Below, piece by piece: positions 9,635-20,441 of a DNA stretch of 64,000 nt. Source of the DNA: an uncultured Cytophagales bacterium (lineage in GTDB: Bacteria > Bacteroidota > Bacteroidia > Cytophagales > Spirosomataceae); the NCBI GenBank assembly GCA_963784335.1, contig CAWARB010000039.1, positions 14,634-78,633 on the forward strand, given 5' to 3'. Every line of letters begins with the position of its first letter. Positions within the stretch are counted from its first letter, which is position 1. The notes under the pieces were generated by a model. That model saw nothing but the letters and a program-made list of their open reading frames with translations, was not told the DNA's origin and did not search any database. The position numbers and the translations under genes are program-made.

Positions 9635-10711
9635 ATGGTAAAACAACTTTGTCTGCTCTTTCTGCTTCCCAGTCTGCTACTGGCCCAGCCAAAACCCGAG
9701 AAGTCGTGGATGCTGGGACCTTTCCAGAAAGAGAATGCGCACAACCCGATTCTTAGTGCTAAAGCAAACACTACGTTCTATTGCCCCATTCGAAAAGCAA
9801 CGATTCACTGGGAAGAAAAAGACGTGTACAATCCGGCAGCCATTGTGCGTAATAACAAAGTGTACATGATTTACCGGGCCGAAGATACGGTTCGGAGCGT
9901 GGGTGGAACATCGCGTCTGGGACTGGCCGTCAGTACGGATGGAGTAAACTTCAAGCGAATGCCCAAGCCCGTTTTTTATCCGGACAATGACCCCATGAAA
10001 CTATACGAATGGGAGGGAGGCTGCGAAGACCCGCGCGTGGTAGAAAGCCCTAACGGCGTGTATGTGCTGACGTATACGGCGTACGACGGCGATAAAGCCC
10101 GGCTCTGCGTAGCTACCTCGCGCAACCTGACCAACTGGCAAAAACAGGGGCTAGCTTTTGCTGACGACCGCAATAGCTGGTCGAAATCGGGGGCCATTGT
10201 GTGCAAGCGGGTCGGTAGCCGGATGGTAGCCCAGAAAATAAATGGTAAATACTGGATGTACTGGGGCGACCAGCCCCAGCTGCGCCTGGCCACGTCCGAT
10301 GACCTCCTGCATTGGACACCCCTCGAAACCAGTACCGGTCAGCCACTCGTGGTGGCCGAGTCGCGAAAGGGTAAATACGACTCCCGCCTGCTTGAACCCG
10401 GTCCGTTTGCCATGATTACCCCCAAGGGAATACTGCTGATTTACAACGGGATGAACGCCGACCAGAATGGGGATGATGCCCTACCAAAAGGGGCTTATAC
10501 GGGGGGGCAGCTCCTGTTCGATGCCAGTGATCCGACTAAACTTATCGACCGTTCTGAAACGTATTTCATCAAACCTGATCAACCGTACGAAATGGAAGGA
10601 CAGGTAAACCAGGTCGTTTTTCTGGAAGGCATGGTACCGTTCAAAGGCCGCTGGTTTTTGTACTACGGCACCGCCGACTCGAAAATTGGTGTAGCGGTGG
10701 CAAATCAGTAA
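9635..10711 (+). CDS. Glycoside hydrolase family 130, secreted (BT3780-like beta-mannosidase subgroup)
   Basis: Signal peptide, WMLGPF..NPIL, WEEKDVYNPAA, YRAED, GGCEDPRVV, TYTAYDG, WSKSG, LEPGP, VVFLEG, YYGTADS. Confidence 0.85.
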   Translation: MVKQLCLLFLLPSLLLAQPKPEKSWMLGPFQKENAHNPILSAKANTTFYCPIRKATIHWEEKDVYNPAAIVRNNKVYMIYRAEDTVRSVGGTSRLGLAVSTDGVNFKRMPKPVFYPDNDPMKLYEWEGGCEDPRVVESPNGVYVLTYTAYDGDKARLCVATSRNLTNWQKQGLAFADDRNSWSKSGAIVCKRVGSRMVAQKINGKYWMYWGDQPQLRLATSDDLLHWTPLETSTGQPLVVAESRKGKYDSRLLEPGPFAMITPKGILLIYNGMNADQNGDDALPKGAYTGGQLLFDASDPTKLIDRSETYFIKPDQPYEMEGQVNQVVFLEGMVPFKGRWFLYYGTADSKIGVAVANQ

Positions 10712-10742
10712 AGCGCATAGCTCCCTATTGCTGAACGTAATC

Positions 10743-12272
10743 ATGCAACCATCCACGCCAAAAGCTATGTCTTTTGAGGAGTACGTCAAACACGATGCCA
10801 CGGCGCTGGCCAACCTCGTAGCGACCGGAGCCGTTTCGCCCGCCGAGTTGCTCGAAATGGCTATTGCCCGCGCCGATGCCGTTAATCCAACGCTGAACGC
10901 CATTGTTACGCCCCTGTATGCTGAAGGTCGTGCCATGGCCGCTGCTGCTCCAGCCGAAGGTGCCTTTTCCGGAGTGCCATTTTTGTTGAAAGACCTGGAA
11001 ATGGAATGGGCCGGAACGCCCATGAAGTCCGGCAGTAAGGGCTACCAAAACTATGTTTCCACCACCGACAGTGAGGTGGTAAGCCGGCTTAAAAAGGCTG
11101 GACTCGTATTCTTCGGCAAGACCAACACGCCCGAATTTGGTTTGACACCCTACACGGAATCAGCGCTCTACGGTCCGGCCCGTAATCCCTGGAAACTAAC
11201 GCACTCGCCGGGAGGGTCTAGTGGTGGGTCGGCGGTGGCGGTGGCGGCTGGCATTGTACCCGCAGCCACCGCTAGTGATGGGGGCGGTTCTATCCGGATT
11301 CCGGCTTCCTGCTGCGGCCTGTTTGGCCTGAAACCATCGCGGGGGCGCGTTACGCTGGGGCCGCGTTTTGGTGAGTTATGGAACGGGGCTGTAGCGGGCC
11401 ACGCCCTTACGCGGACTGTGCGCGATAGTGCGGGCCTGCTGGATGTTGTGGCGGGCGGTCCGACGTACCAGCCACTACCCGGCGAACCCTACGGCATCGC
11501 TCCGCCCGAACGGCCATTCCGGGAGGAAGTGGGCCGGGAGCCGGGCAAACTGCGCATCGCCTTTTCTACCCAATCGCTCATGCCTTCGCAGGTGACGGAC
11601 CCGGTGTGCGCTGAGGCCGTGCGGAAAGCGGCTCAACTACTCGAACGTATGGGGCATACCGTTGAGGAAGTGCCGTTACCCTACGAAAAAACCATCGTAA
11701 CGGAAGCCTTTTTTGTGAACGTACTCAGCGAAACGGCAGCTGTACTGCGTGAACTGGGCAATTACCTGGGGAGACCCGTTCGGCGCAATGATGTGGAACT
11801 GAACACCTGGGCACAGGCCCGGCTGGCCGAAGGTTACTCGGCGGCCGACGCGGCCTTTCAGAAGCGCCGGTGGAATACGCTGAACCGAAGTATGGGACAG
11901 CTGCACGAAACGTACAACCTGTTTTTAACGCCAACATTGCCGCGTCCACCCATCGAAATCGGTACCTTTCAGAACAAATTATCCGAACAGCGGCTGCTCA
12001 AACTGGTGGATTCTTACGGGGGATTGAAATACCTGAAAGGCAGCAAAACAGTAGAGGCTCTGGCCGAACGGTCGCTGGGGTATATTTCGTTTACCGTTAT
12101 CACCAACATGACGGGCCAGCCATCCATGTCCGTACCCCTGCACTGGTCGGCAGACGGGTTGCCTATCGGGGTTATGTTCGCGGCTAAACTCGGCGATGAA
12201 GCAACGCTGTTCCGGCTGGCGGGGCAGTTGGAGCGGGAAAAGCCCTGGTTCGATAAACGGCCATCTTTTTAG
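10743..12272 (+). CDS. Amidase signature family protein
   Basis: [57 protein letters not shown]. Confidence 0.92.
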   Translation: MQPSTPKAMSFEEYVKHDATALANLVATGAVSPAELLEMAIARADAVNPTLNAIVTPLYAEGRAMAAAAPAEGAFSGVPFLLKDLEMEWAGTPMKSGSKGYQNYVSTTDSEVVSRLKKAGLVFFGKTNTPEFGLTPYTESALYGPARNPWKLTHSPGGSSGGSAVAVAAGIVPAATASDGGGSIRIPASCCGLFGLKPSRGRVTLGPRFGELWNGAVAGHALTRTVRDSAGLLDVVAGGPTYQPLPGEPYGIAPPERPFREEVGREPGKLRIAFSTQSLMPSQVTDPVCAEAVRKAAQLLERMGHTVEEVPLPYEKTIVTEAFFVNVLSETAAVLRELGNYLGRPVRRNDVELNTWAQARLAEGYSAADAAFQKRRWNTLNRSMGQLHETYNLFLTPTLPRPPIEIGTFQNKLSEQRLLKLVDSYGGLKYLKGSKTVEALAERSLGYISFTVITNMTGQPSMSVPLHWSADGLPIGVMFAAKLGDEATLFRLAGQLEREKPWFDKRPSF

Positions 12273-12517
12273 AAGTAATATTTTGGCATCAGGGATTTAT
12301 TACTGAGCCTGGCTTATGTCTGATAACGCACCACGACTGTAGCGTATGGATGCCTGATAAGCCTGAACAAGGGAACTATAGTAGCCCCTGTCAACGCAAA
12401 TGGACAGGGTGATTTATACGTTAAGTCGCTGTACTGCAGTAGACTGAGCTTGTCTTGATTTTTTTCTTACATTTATCAATTCTTAGTCTATACTCAGTTT
12501 TTGGTAGGTAAAATCAG

Positions 12518-13030
12518 ATGGGTAACCAGAAAGAGTTGTTTGATAAACTGCTCGAAAAGTTCGTGTTCAATACTGCAGCTCAATTCATCGATCAGGTTGA
12601 TGCGGAAATGCAGGCAAAGATAATCGACTTGCTCAACCACATTGGCAAGAATACGCCCGCTGCCAGTGCGCCCACCAACGGTAATTCGCTGGAACCGACT
12701 AATACTTTTCAGGCCGAATCTTATGACGTACAACTGGAGAGACAGTGGAAAGAAGCCCTGCTAAACCCGGTTCGTAACAAACGAATTAAAAATGAAACTC
12801 GTGGGATAACCCGGCGGCTGATCGATTTATATCAAATCCGGATACAGTCCACTATTTTTTGTATTGGTGAGCTACAGGGTCTGCTGGAACGATCCCATAC
12901 TAATATAGTGGATGAAAGCAGGCAATCGTACCTGAGCAATCATTATCAGTCGATTATTGACAAAAAAGCCGCCTACCTGACTAAGATGCAGTCTCTTCAG
13001 CAGGAAGAACTGAAGAAAGTGCGTGCGTAA
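12518..13030 (+). CDS. Hypothetical protein, predicted helical
   Basis: 170-aa ORF filling an AT-rich intergenic gap; no motif recognised. Confidence 0.55.
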   Translation: MGNQKELFDKLLEKFVFNTAAQFIDQVDAEMQAKIIDLLNHIGKNTPAASAPTNGNSLEPTNTFQAESYDVQLERQWKEALLNPVRNKRIKNETRGITRRLIDLYQIRIQSTIFCIGELQGLLERSHTNIVDESRQSYLSNHYQSIIDKKAAYLTKMQSLQQEELKKVRA

Positions 13031-13044
13031 GCTTCAGCATACAC

Positions 13045-14262
13045 TTACTCGCTGTAATCCAGTTCTTTTCCAAACGTCTCCTCTATCGTTATCAGTGACC
13101 AAAAACCGATGCCGAAGCAGACGAGGGCTAATATGGCCCCCGCTTCAATGACGCCCATTGTTTGTTTCATCGCCTGGAAAGCGGGGATCGTAAGCAACGT
13201 GGTAGCCCGGACATTGTTGGCAACGGAGGTAGTGGCCGTAGCCCGTAAATTTGTACCGAAACTTTCGGCCGTTATGGTCAGAAACATGGCGATATAGCCA
13301 ATCCCGAAACCCAGGGCCACACAAACGGCGTAAAAGGCACTGGCCGAGCTGATAGCGCCAAACAGATAAATGGCCACGAAGAAGAGGGTCAGCCCCATCA
13401 TCAGGCCGATGGCCTTCCGGCGCGAACGAAGCCACTGACTCAGAAAGCCACTAAATAAATCACCCGTAACGGTGCCGATGTAGGTGAACATAACGCAACG
13501 GCCCGGTTGTATGACCTCCTCAATTCCCACTGCTTTGCCAAACTCATTCCCGAAGGTGGCCAGAATACCAATAATCAGGTAGGTGGGAACGGCAATGCCC
13601 ATGCAGCGGAGATAGCGTAAGGTAGCGGCCCGGTTACGAAACAGCGCCCAGAAATTGCCCCGCACCACGCCCGATTCCTGCGCTCGTTTGAACATGCCGG
13701 ATTCCAGAACACTCACCCGTAGCACCAATAACCCCAGACCCAGGCCTCCACCAATGAAGTAAGTGGTCCGCCAGTCGAAGAGCGAAACCGTAAAATAAGC
13801 AACTACGGCACCCAGCAGGCCCACACTGGCTACCAGCGATGCACCGTAGCCGCGCAAACGGGGTGGTAAAATCTCACTGACGAGGGTAATACCCGCCCCC
13901 AGTTCGCCCGCCAGACCCACACCGGCTACTAACCGAAGGACGGCATAGAGTTGCGGGTCCCGAACGAACCCACAGGCCACATTGGCCAGAGAGTACGTGA
14001 TGATACTTCCGAAAAGAACAGATAACCGGCCGCGTTTATCGCCCAGAATTCCCCACAAAATTCCCCCGATCAGGAGACCTGCCTGCTGGTAATTGAGGAT
14101 ACGCCCGCCAACGAGTGAAACATCGGCTTCGGACAGACCCAGGTCATGGAGGCTTGGAACCCGCACGATGTTGAACAACAACAGGTCGTACACATCAACA
14201 AAGTAACCCAGAGCCGCCACAACAACCGGCAGGGTGAACAGGGGGCGGATACTAGTACTCAT
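13045..14262 (-). CDS. MFS transporter
   Basis: AALGYFVDVYDLLLF, motif A GILGDKRGR, GLAGELGAGITLVSE, ESFGTNLRAT; about 12 TM segments. Confidence 0.9.
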   Translation of the reverse strand: MSTSIRPLFTLPVVVAALGYFVDVYDLLLFNIVRVPSLHDLGLSEADVSLVGGRILNYQQAGLLIGGILWGILGDKRGRLSVLFGSIITYSLANVACGFVRDPQLYAVLRLVAGVGLAGELGAGITLVSEILPPRLRGYGASLVASVGLLGAVVAYFTVSLFDWRTTYFIGGGLGLGLLVLRVSVLESGMFKRAQESGVVRGNFWALFRNRAATLRYLRCMGIAVPTYLIIGILATFGNEFGKAVGIEEVIQPGRCVMFTYIGTVTGDLFSGFLSQWLRSRRKAIGLMMGLTLFFVAIYLFGAISSASAFYAVCVALGFGIGYIAMFLTITAESFGTNLRATATTSVANNVRATTLLTIPAFQAMKQTMGVIEAGAILALVCFGIGFWSLITIEETFGKELDYSE

Positions 14263-14275
14263 TTAATTGATTGTC

Positions 14276-14343
14276 ATTCGTGGTCACGGATGGGCAGTCA
14301 TTTTGTTGATGACAACGACAACCGCCCATCCGTGACCATGAAT
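14276..14343. repeat. Intergenic long hairpin between the SSS and MFS genes
   Basis: attcgtggtcacggatgggc ... gcccatccgtgaccatgaat, 20-bp arms with one mismatch. Confidence 0.65.
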
Positions 14344-16041
14344 TTACCAGAACCGGATGTACAGCATGGACACCAGCATGATAATGATAACGACCATGGC
14401 CATGTTGCTGGGGGCCAGCTTGAACATCGACGAGTCGATAGCCAGTCCTTTGGGGTTTATTTTTGGCCCGGCCAGGCTAATGAGTACCATCATGCCAACC
14501 GTCAGAAAGAACGCCCAGCCCATAGCAATCAGGAAGGGTATCTCGTACACACCCTCACTGTTTAGAAACGCCGTGTACATAACCGTTTCGGGACCAAACA
14601 GGCTGGGCGCGAAGTTGTTGAACAGAACCGCAAAGCCAAAGCCTCCCAGAATACCGGCAATGGCCGCTATACCCGTAGTGCGTTTCCAGAAAAAACCCAG
14701 CAGGAAGACCGCGAAAATGCCGGGGCTGATGTAGCCGGTATATTTCTGAATAAACGTAAAGCCGCCTTCGCCACCAATACCAAGGGCATCATCCCAGGCC
14801 AGCGCAATGGATAAGGCTACCGCCACCACAATCGTGGCTCGCCCGATCCAGAGTGAACGGGATTCGCTGGCAGTTTTATTGATGTATTTCTGGTAAATAT
14901 CGAGGGTGAAAATGGTTGAAATAGAGTTGGCTTTACCCGCCAGCGAGGCCACGATAGCGGCCGTGAGGGCGGCAACCGATAGGCCTTTCAGGCCCGTTGG
15001 TAAAAACGTCAGTACCGCCGAGTAAGCGTTATCGCCCGATACAACACCATTCCGGAGCATCTCGCCCTGTAGGCCACCGTTTTTGTGAATCACATAAGCG
15101 GCAATACCGGGCAACATCACAATAATGGGCATAAAGATTTTCAGTATGGCCGCAAAGAGAATACCCGTACGGGCGGTTTTGAGGTCAGCCCCCAGTGCGC
15201 GCTGTGTTATGTACTGATTACAACCCCAGTAGTTGAGGTTAACAACCCACATACCACCCAGGTACATAGCAATACCCGGAAGGGTCAGATACCGCTTGAC
15301 ATCTTCCTGAGGGGCGCCGGGCGCCGGTTTTTCAAAAATCATGTGGAAGTGATCATCGGCATCTTTAATCATGGCACCCAACCCCGAAATAACGCCCCCG
15401 TCCAGTCCCATCGTCAGGCTTACCTGTTGCAGGGCCAGGTAGGTAGTAACCAGGCCGCCAATGATCAGGACCAGCACCTGAATTACGTCGGTATAGCCAA
15501 TTACATTCATGCCCCCCAGGGTGATGAAAATAGCGAATACGCTCAGGCAAACGATAATGATGTGAAAACTATCTCCTCCTACCAGGCTGCTGATGGCCAG
15601 CGCACCCAGGAATAAAATGGAGGTCAGGTTAACAAATACGTACAGGAAGAGCCAGAAAACGGCCATGATCAAACTTACCGTTTCGTTGTAGCGGGTACTC
15701 AGAAACTGGGGCATGGTGTAAATATGGTTCTTGAGATAAATCGGAATGAACCACACCGCTACGATAATCAGGGAGATGGCCGCCAGCCATTCATACACCG
15801 CAATAGCAACCCCAAACCGGTAGCCATCGCCCGACATGCCAATGAACTGCTCGGCCGAGATATTGGAGGCAATAAGGGAGGCTCCGATGGCCCACCAGGT
15901 CAGCGATCCTTCTGCCAGGAAGAAATCTTTGGTGTCTTGTTTGGTTTTTTGATTTCGCCGGTAGATCCAGTATCCGTAGGAGGAAACACCGATAAAATAC
16001 AGAAAGAAAATGACGTAATCGGTTAGGGCAAGTTGGTTCAT
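14344..16041 (-). CDS. Sodium:solute symporter (SSS, sugar/vSGLT-like)
   Basis: FFLAEGSLTWWAIGASLIASNISAEQFIGMSG, YTDVIQ, NLNYWGCNQYITQRAL, NSISTIFTLDIY. Confidence 0.93.
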   Translation of the reverse strand: MNQLALTDYVIFFLYFIGVSSYGYWIYRRNQKTKQDTKDFFLAEGSLTWWAIGASLIASNISAEQFIGMSGDGYRFGVAIAVYEWLAAISLIIVAVWFIPIYLKNHIYTMPQFLSTRYNETVSLIMAVFWLFLYVFVNLTSILFLGALAISSLVGGDSFHIIIVCLSVFAIFITLGGMNVIGYTDVIQVLVLIIGGLVTTYLALQQVSLTMGLDGGVISGLGAMIKDADDHFHMIFEKPAPGAPQEDVKRYLTLPGIAMYLGGMWVVNLNYWGCNQYITQRALGADLKTARTGILFAAILKIFMPIIVMLPGIAAYVIHKNGGLQGEMLRNGVVSGDNAYSAVLTFLPTGLKGLSVAALTAAIVASLAGKANSISTIFTLDIYQKYINKTASESRSLWIGRATIVVAVALSIALAWDDALGIGGEGGFTFIQKYTGYISPGIFAVFLLGFFWKRTTGIAAIAGILGGFGFAVLFNNFAPSLFGPETVMYTAFLNSEGVYEIPFLIAMGWAFFLTVGMMVLISLAGPKINPKGLAIDSSMFKLAPSNMAMVVIIIMLVSMLYIRFW

Positions 16042-16247
16042 TGGAACAGTCTGGTAGTTGTGTTTTTAAATCAGCCTGTAAAAAAGCAATTATTTCTCTG
16101 AATAGGATTACAGTCGGTTAAAATCATTTGGTGTTTAGTCAATTATCAACCATCAATCGGTAAAAAACGGTCGATTTGATAGACATGCGCCTACCTTGGG
16201 GCCCTATACTAGAGGGTGTCCGTTTCCTGGCCCGGCCGGTATGGGCG

Positions 16248-17216
16248 TTATTTTTTTCGAACCTGTTCCGCTTTCTTTTCCGAGGGGATGACTGCCACTT
16301 TTTCTTCCCGTTCGACCTGATCGAGATACACAGCGTACTCCGCCGGTTCGATACGGATGCCAAAATGGTTGGCATAGGCCTGCGTAAACTCCGCCCCAAA
16401 GTACAGGATGATGGCGGTATAGTAAATCCACGTCAAAATAACGGTGAGGGAACCAGCTGCTCCGTAGGTTGACTGACTAGCCGTTGTTTCGATGTATAAC
16501 CCAATCATATACTGGCCCAGCATAAAAAGCAGCGCCGTAAAAATGGCTCCCAGCCGGACATCCTTCCAGGCGATTTTGGCATCGGGAAGCACCTTGAAAA
16601 TAGTACCAAAGAGTAAAGTGATGACGGCCGTGCTGATCAGAAAATTAAAGACACTGATGATGTATACGCCCAGATCGGGCAATAAACGGGTAAGATGGTC
16701 ATTCAGCACCAGTAGGAATCCGTTGATCAACAGCGACACCATCAGCAAAAAACCCAGGCTGACGACCAGTGAAGAGGATAAGAGCCGGTCTTTGATTAAC
16801 TTCAGCCAACCCCGTTTGGGTTTTGCCTTAACGCGCCAGATCATGTTGACCGATTCCTGAATTTCGACGAATATGCTTGTGGCACCAATGAGTAACGTGA
16901 TGATGCCAATGGCCAGCGCGGTATTCGTTTTACCCGAGAGGCCAACACTTTTGATCATATTCTGGATCTGATCGGCTGCTTCGTTACCAACCAACCCGTT
17001 GATTTGCGAAAAGATCTGCCCCCGTATCGCTTCCTCGCCAAAAAAAATACTGCTCAGTGATATGATCAGTACCAACATGGGAGCCAGCGAAAACACAGTG
17101 TAATAAGCCAGGGCGGCACTGAGTTTCAAACAACGATCGTCCAGAAAACCGTTGAACGAGTCACGAAGGACAATCCAGGCATTGGTAAAAAAACGGTTGA
17201 TTGTTTTTGTATTCAT
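16248..17216 (-). CDS. YihY/virulence factor BrkB family membrane protein
   Basis: LSAALAYYTVFSLAP, IFKVLPD, YGAAGSL, WIYYTAIILYFGAEF. Confidence 0.9.
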   Translation of the reverse strand: MNTKTINRFFTNAWIVLRDSFNGFLDDRCLKLSAALAYYTVFSLAPMLVLIISLSSIFFGEEAIRGQIFSQINGLVGNEAADQIQNMIKSVGLSGKTNTALAIGIITLLIGATSIFVEIQESVNMIWRVKAKPKRGWLKLIKDRLLSSSLVVSLGFLLMVSLLINGFLLVLNDHLTRLLPDLGVYIISVFNFLISTAVITLLFGTIFKVLPDAKIAWKDVRLGAIFTALLFMLGQYMIGLYIETTASQSTYGAAGSLTVILTWIYYTAIILYFGAEFTQAYANHFGIRIEPAEYAVYLDQVEREEKVAVIPSEKKAEQVRKK

Positions 17217-17436
17217 GTCCATATACGAATTGGGCGCGTTGAAACGAGTTACAATGCCCGCCACTGAGTCAACTAAGTAACCCAAACGAGGTTAAGTTGT
17301 TGCTTGCCGGCGTACTGGTCACGTGAAGTCAACATCAACTACCGCTGGCAGGCGCTCCACAGCCGCCGATGTGCGTTGTTTTATCAGTAAAGAAAAGAAA
17401 ACGCCGACTTCTGATAGCGAAAGAACACTACGCATT

Positions 17437-18480
17437 ATGATCAAAGCTAATTACCCCGTTTTTGCGGTTCTCATTGGGCTGACCCTGCTGGTCACTAGTG
17501 CCTTTGGCCAGTCGGGCAAAACCGTTTCCTTACAGAAGGAGTGGATCTACGAACAGGCTCCTTTTCCGGAGTGCCATGCCTCCACTATAGCCGAAACGCC
17601 ACAGGGGCTGGTAACTGCCTGGTTTGGGGGTACCCACGAGCGCCATCCTGATGTGGGCATCTGGGTGAGCAGCAAGACCGCATCGAACTGGACGCCACCC
17701 GTTGAGGTAGCCACGGGTGTGCAACCCGACGGGAAACGGCTACCCTGCTGGAATCCGGTTTTGTTTCAGATACCCAACGGCGACCTGCTTTTGTTTTATA
17801 AAATTGGCCCCAGCCCATCTACCTGGTGGGGCATGCTGAAGCGGTCGGCAGATGGGGGCAAAACCTGGTCCGAAGCCGAACGCCTGCCCGATGGCATTGC
17901 CGGGCCTATCAAAAACAAGCCGGTCCTGCTGCCGTCAGGCGTGTTGCTGTGCCCGACCAGTTCTGAAGACCATAACTGGCGGGTGCATTTTGAAATGACC
18001 AGTGATTGGGGAAAAACCTGGACGAAAACCGGCCCTATTAACGATGGGGTGAAGGATGGTGCCATTCAGCCCAGCGTTCTGTTTCATCCAAACGGGCAGT
18101 TGCAGGCCCTTTGCCGTAGTCAGAAAAGTGGATTTATTCTGGAAACCTGGTCGGCAGATGGGGGTAAGACCTGGTCACCCCTTCAGAAAACCACCCTGCC
18201 CAATCCAAATTCCGGTACGGATGCGGTAACCCTGAAAGACGGTCGGCAGGTGCTGGTGTACAATCCAACGTCGCCGGTCAATGGTAAATCCGGGCCACGA
18301 ACTCCGCTGGACGTTGCTATCTCCGACGATGGAAAAACCTGGAAAACGCTGGCTGTACTCGAAAATGAACCGGGTGAATACTCTTACCCGGCGGTGATCC
18401 AAAGCAGCGATGGCCGGGTTCATATCACCTATACCTGGAAACGAAACCGCATCCGGCACGTTGTGTTTGACCCGAAATGA
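17437..18480 (+). CDS. Secreted BNR/Asp-box beta-propeller protein (sialidase-fold)
   Basis: Signal peptide; CHASTIAET, WFGGTHE, Asp-boxes SADGGKTW (twice), TSDWGKTW, SDDGKTW; EYSYPAVI. Confidence 0.85.
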   Translation: MIKANYPVFAVLIGLTLLVTSAFGQSGKTVSLQKEWIYEQAPFPECHASTIAETPQGLVTAWFGGTHERHPDVGIWVSSKTASNWTPPVEVATGVQPDGKRLPCWNPVLFQIPNGDLLLFYKIGPSPSTWWGMLKRSADGGKTWSEAERLPDGIAGPIKNKPVLLPSGVLLCPTSSEDHNWRVHFEMTSDWGKTWTKTGPINDGVKDGAIQPSVLFHPNGQLQALCRSQKSGFILETWSADGGKTWSPLQKTTLPNPNSGTDAVTLKDGRQVLVYNPTSPVNGKSGPRTPLDVAISDDGKTWKTLAVLENEPGEYSYPAVIQSSDGRVHITYTWKRNRIRHVVFDPK

Positions 18481-20318
18481 TGACGATAAACCAGCAACTT
18501 TACGGACATGATGCACCCCTGCCGGTTTACACCGAACTAAGGGCTGGCCCATTGACGGTTGGTTATGAAGAGGGTTCGTTCCGGTACTTCCGGTGGGGAA
18601 ATGACGAAATTCTGCGGATGATTTACGTATCGATGCGGGACGAAAACTGGGGCACCCTAACGCCTGTCCGCACGAATGAAGACGTAATTATCGGGACGGA
18701 TCATTTTCGGGTTAGCTACCAGTGCCATTACGAGCGTGATTCGACCGTACTATTCACCTGGCAGGTAACCACCGAAGGGAATGCCGATGGCTCGTTCAGG
18801 ATGACGATTGATGGGGTGGCTCAGCAGACCTTCCTGCGTAACAGGGCCGGTTTTTGCATCCTGCACCCCATTCGGGGCACGGCCGGGCAACCCTGCCAGT
18901 TGCTCCATCCCGACGGGCAAAAGGAAACGACCCACTTTCCGCTGACAATAAGCCCGGTAAACCCCTTCAAACAGCTAGCCGGTATGCGCTGGCAACAGGC
19001 TGACGGAGCCTGGTTCCGGCTGGATATGACCGGCGACGTGTTCGAAACGGAAGACCAGCGCAACTGGACGGATGCTTCGTATAAAACGTTCTGTACCCCG
19101 TCGGCACTGCCTACCCCGGTTCAGCTTCGGGCCGGAGACCGGGTGCAGCAGCAAATCGAGTTTCGGCCCGAACAACCTTTACCGGTTTTACCCGTTGCGG
19201 ATACGCAGGCCGTTATCGTTCGGGTAGCTGAACAGCATCGAACCCCGCTACCGGCCATTGGCATCGGGGCCTCCACCGAAATTCGGGTCTTGCCCGAATC
19301 CGTTCGGGAATTGCTTCAGTCGTGTCACTTTGCCCATTATCGGGTGGAGGTTGTTCCGGCTCAGGCTGACTGGGAAACGGACTTTCTGATGGACGTTGCC
19401 AATGCCATTGACTGCAAAATACCGGTGCTTGCCGCCCTGCATCTAACGAATAATTATGTTGCTGAACTGAGCGACTTTATATCGGTTGTGCAACAGCGAA
19501 CCGTAGCGCTGGCCGAGATCGTGCTATTGTCGGTCAATGAACCAGTTACGGCGGAGGCTATACTGGCCACGGCTCCCGATATCCTGCGAAAAGCGTTGCC
19601 GCAAACGCGCATCGGCGCGGGAACCAATTATAACTTTACGGAACTGAACCGCAACCGGCCGGTACCAACCGATCTCGACTTTATCAGCTACAGTGTACAT
19701 CCGCAGGTGCATGCCTTCGACAATCGGTCGATGGTAGAAACCCTCGACACCCAGGGCGATACCGTGCAAACAGCCAGAACATTCGCCGATTCAGTCCCCA
19801 TTCACGTGTCGCCCGTAACGCTCCGGCAGCGGGTTAATCCCTACGCGCACGACCCGAAAGACCGCGTACAGACCAATAACCAGAAGGCTGACCCCCGGCA
19901 ACCATCGCTCTGGGCCGCAGGGTGGACGCTGGGTAGTATAAAGTACCTGGCCGAAGCTGGTGCGGAGTCGATAACCTATTTTCAAACGGCTGGTCATCAG
20001 GGAATCATCTCGGCCGATGGGCAACAATTTCCCTCGGGATTGCTGCTGGCGGCTGTGCAGCATTTCAGGGGAGGTCAGGTTATCCGGACCGAAGCTAGTG
20101 ACCCGCTGACTTGTAGCACGTTGCTCCTGACCGATGGTACTCATCGGTGTTGGCTGGTGGCTAACCATACAGACCAGACCCTACCGGTTAAGCTACCCGA
20201 AAGGGTGCAGGGCGGATACCGAATTACGCTCGCACCAGCGCAGCGAATGGAGCTGGATTTGGTTAATACCCAGTCACTGGTAATAGAGCCTTTTGGAACG
20301 TGGGTACTGACATGCTAG
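18477..20318 (+). CDS. D-apionate lactonase (ApnL)-like protein
   Basis: LRAGPL, RDENWGT, NRAGFCILHP, GDVFETEDQRNWTDASYKT, FTELNR, PQVHAFD, DPRQ; start overlaps the upstream stop (ATGA). Family recognised from memory. Confidence 0.6.
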   Translation: MMTINQQLYGHDAPLPVYTELRAGPLTVGYEEGSFRYFRWGNDEILRMIYVSMRDENWGTLTPVRTNEDVIIGTDHFRVSYQCHYERDSTVLFTWQVTTEGNADGSFRMTIDGVAQQTFLRNRAGFCILHPIRGTAGQPCQLLHPDGQKETTHFPLTISPVNPFKQLAGMRWQQADGAWFRLDMTGDVFETEDQRNWTDASYKTFCTPSALPTPVQLRAGDRVQQQIEFRPEQPLPVLPVADTQAVIVRVAEQHRTPLPAIGIGASTEIRVLPESVRELLQSCHFAHYRVEVVPAQADWETDFLMDVANAIDCKIPVLAALHLTNNYVAELSDFISVVQQRTVALAEIVLLSVNEPVTAEAILATAPDILRKALPQTRIGAGTNYNFTELNRNRPVPTDLDFISYSVHPQVHAFDNRSMVETLDTQGDTVQTARTFADSVPIHVSPVTLRQRVNPYAHDPKDRVQTNNQKADPRQPSLWAAGWTLGSIKYLAEAGAESITYFQTAGHQGIISADGQQFPSGLLLAAVQHFRGGQVIRTEASDPLTCSTLLLTDGTHRCWLVANHTDQTLPVKLPERVQGGYRITLAPAQRMELDLVNTQSLVIEPFGTWVLTC

Positions 20319-20441
20319 CAGGCACTAACCCGACTGGTTGGTTTTCCGGACCCCCGAACTGGTTTAGGCTGGTTAGGGTTAGGAACAACAGCCGGCTACC
20401 GTCAGGTATCCACGCAAAAAAGTTTGTACACTAACCGCTGC

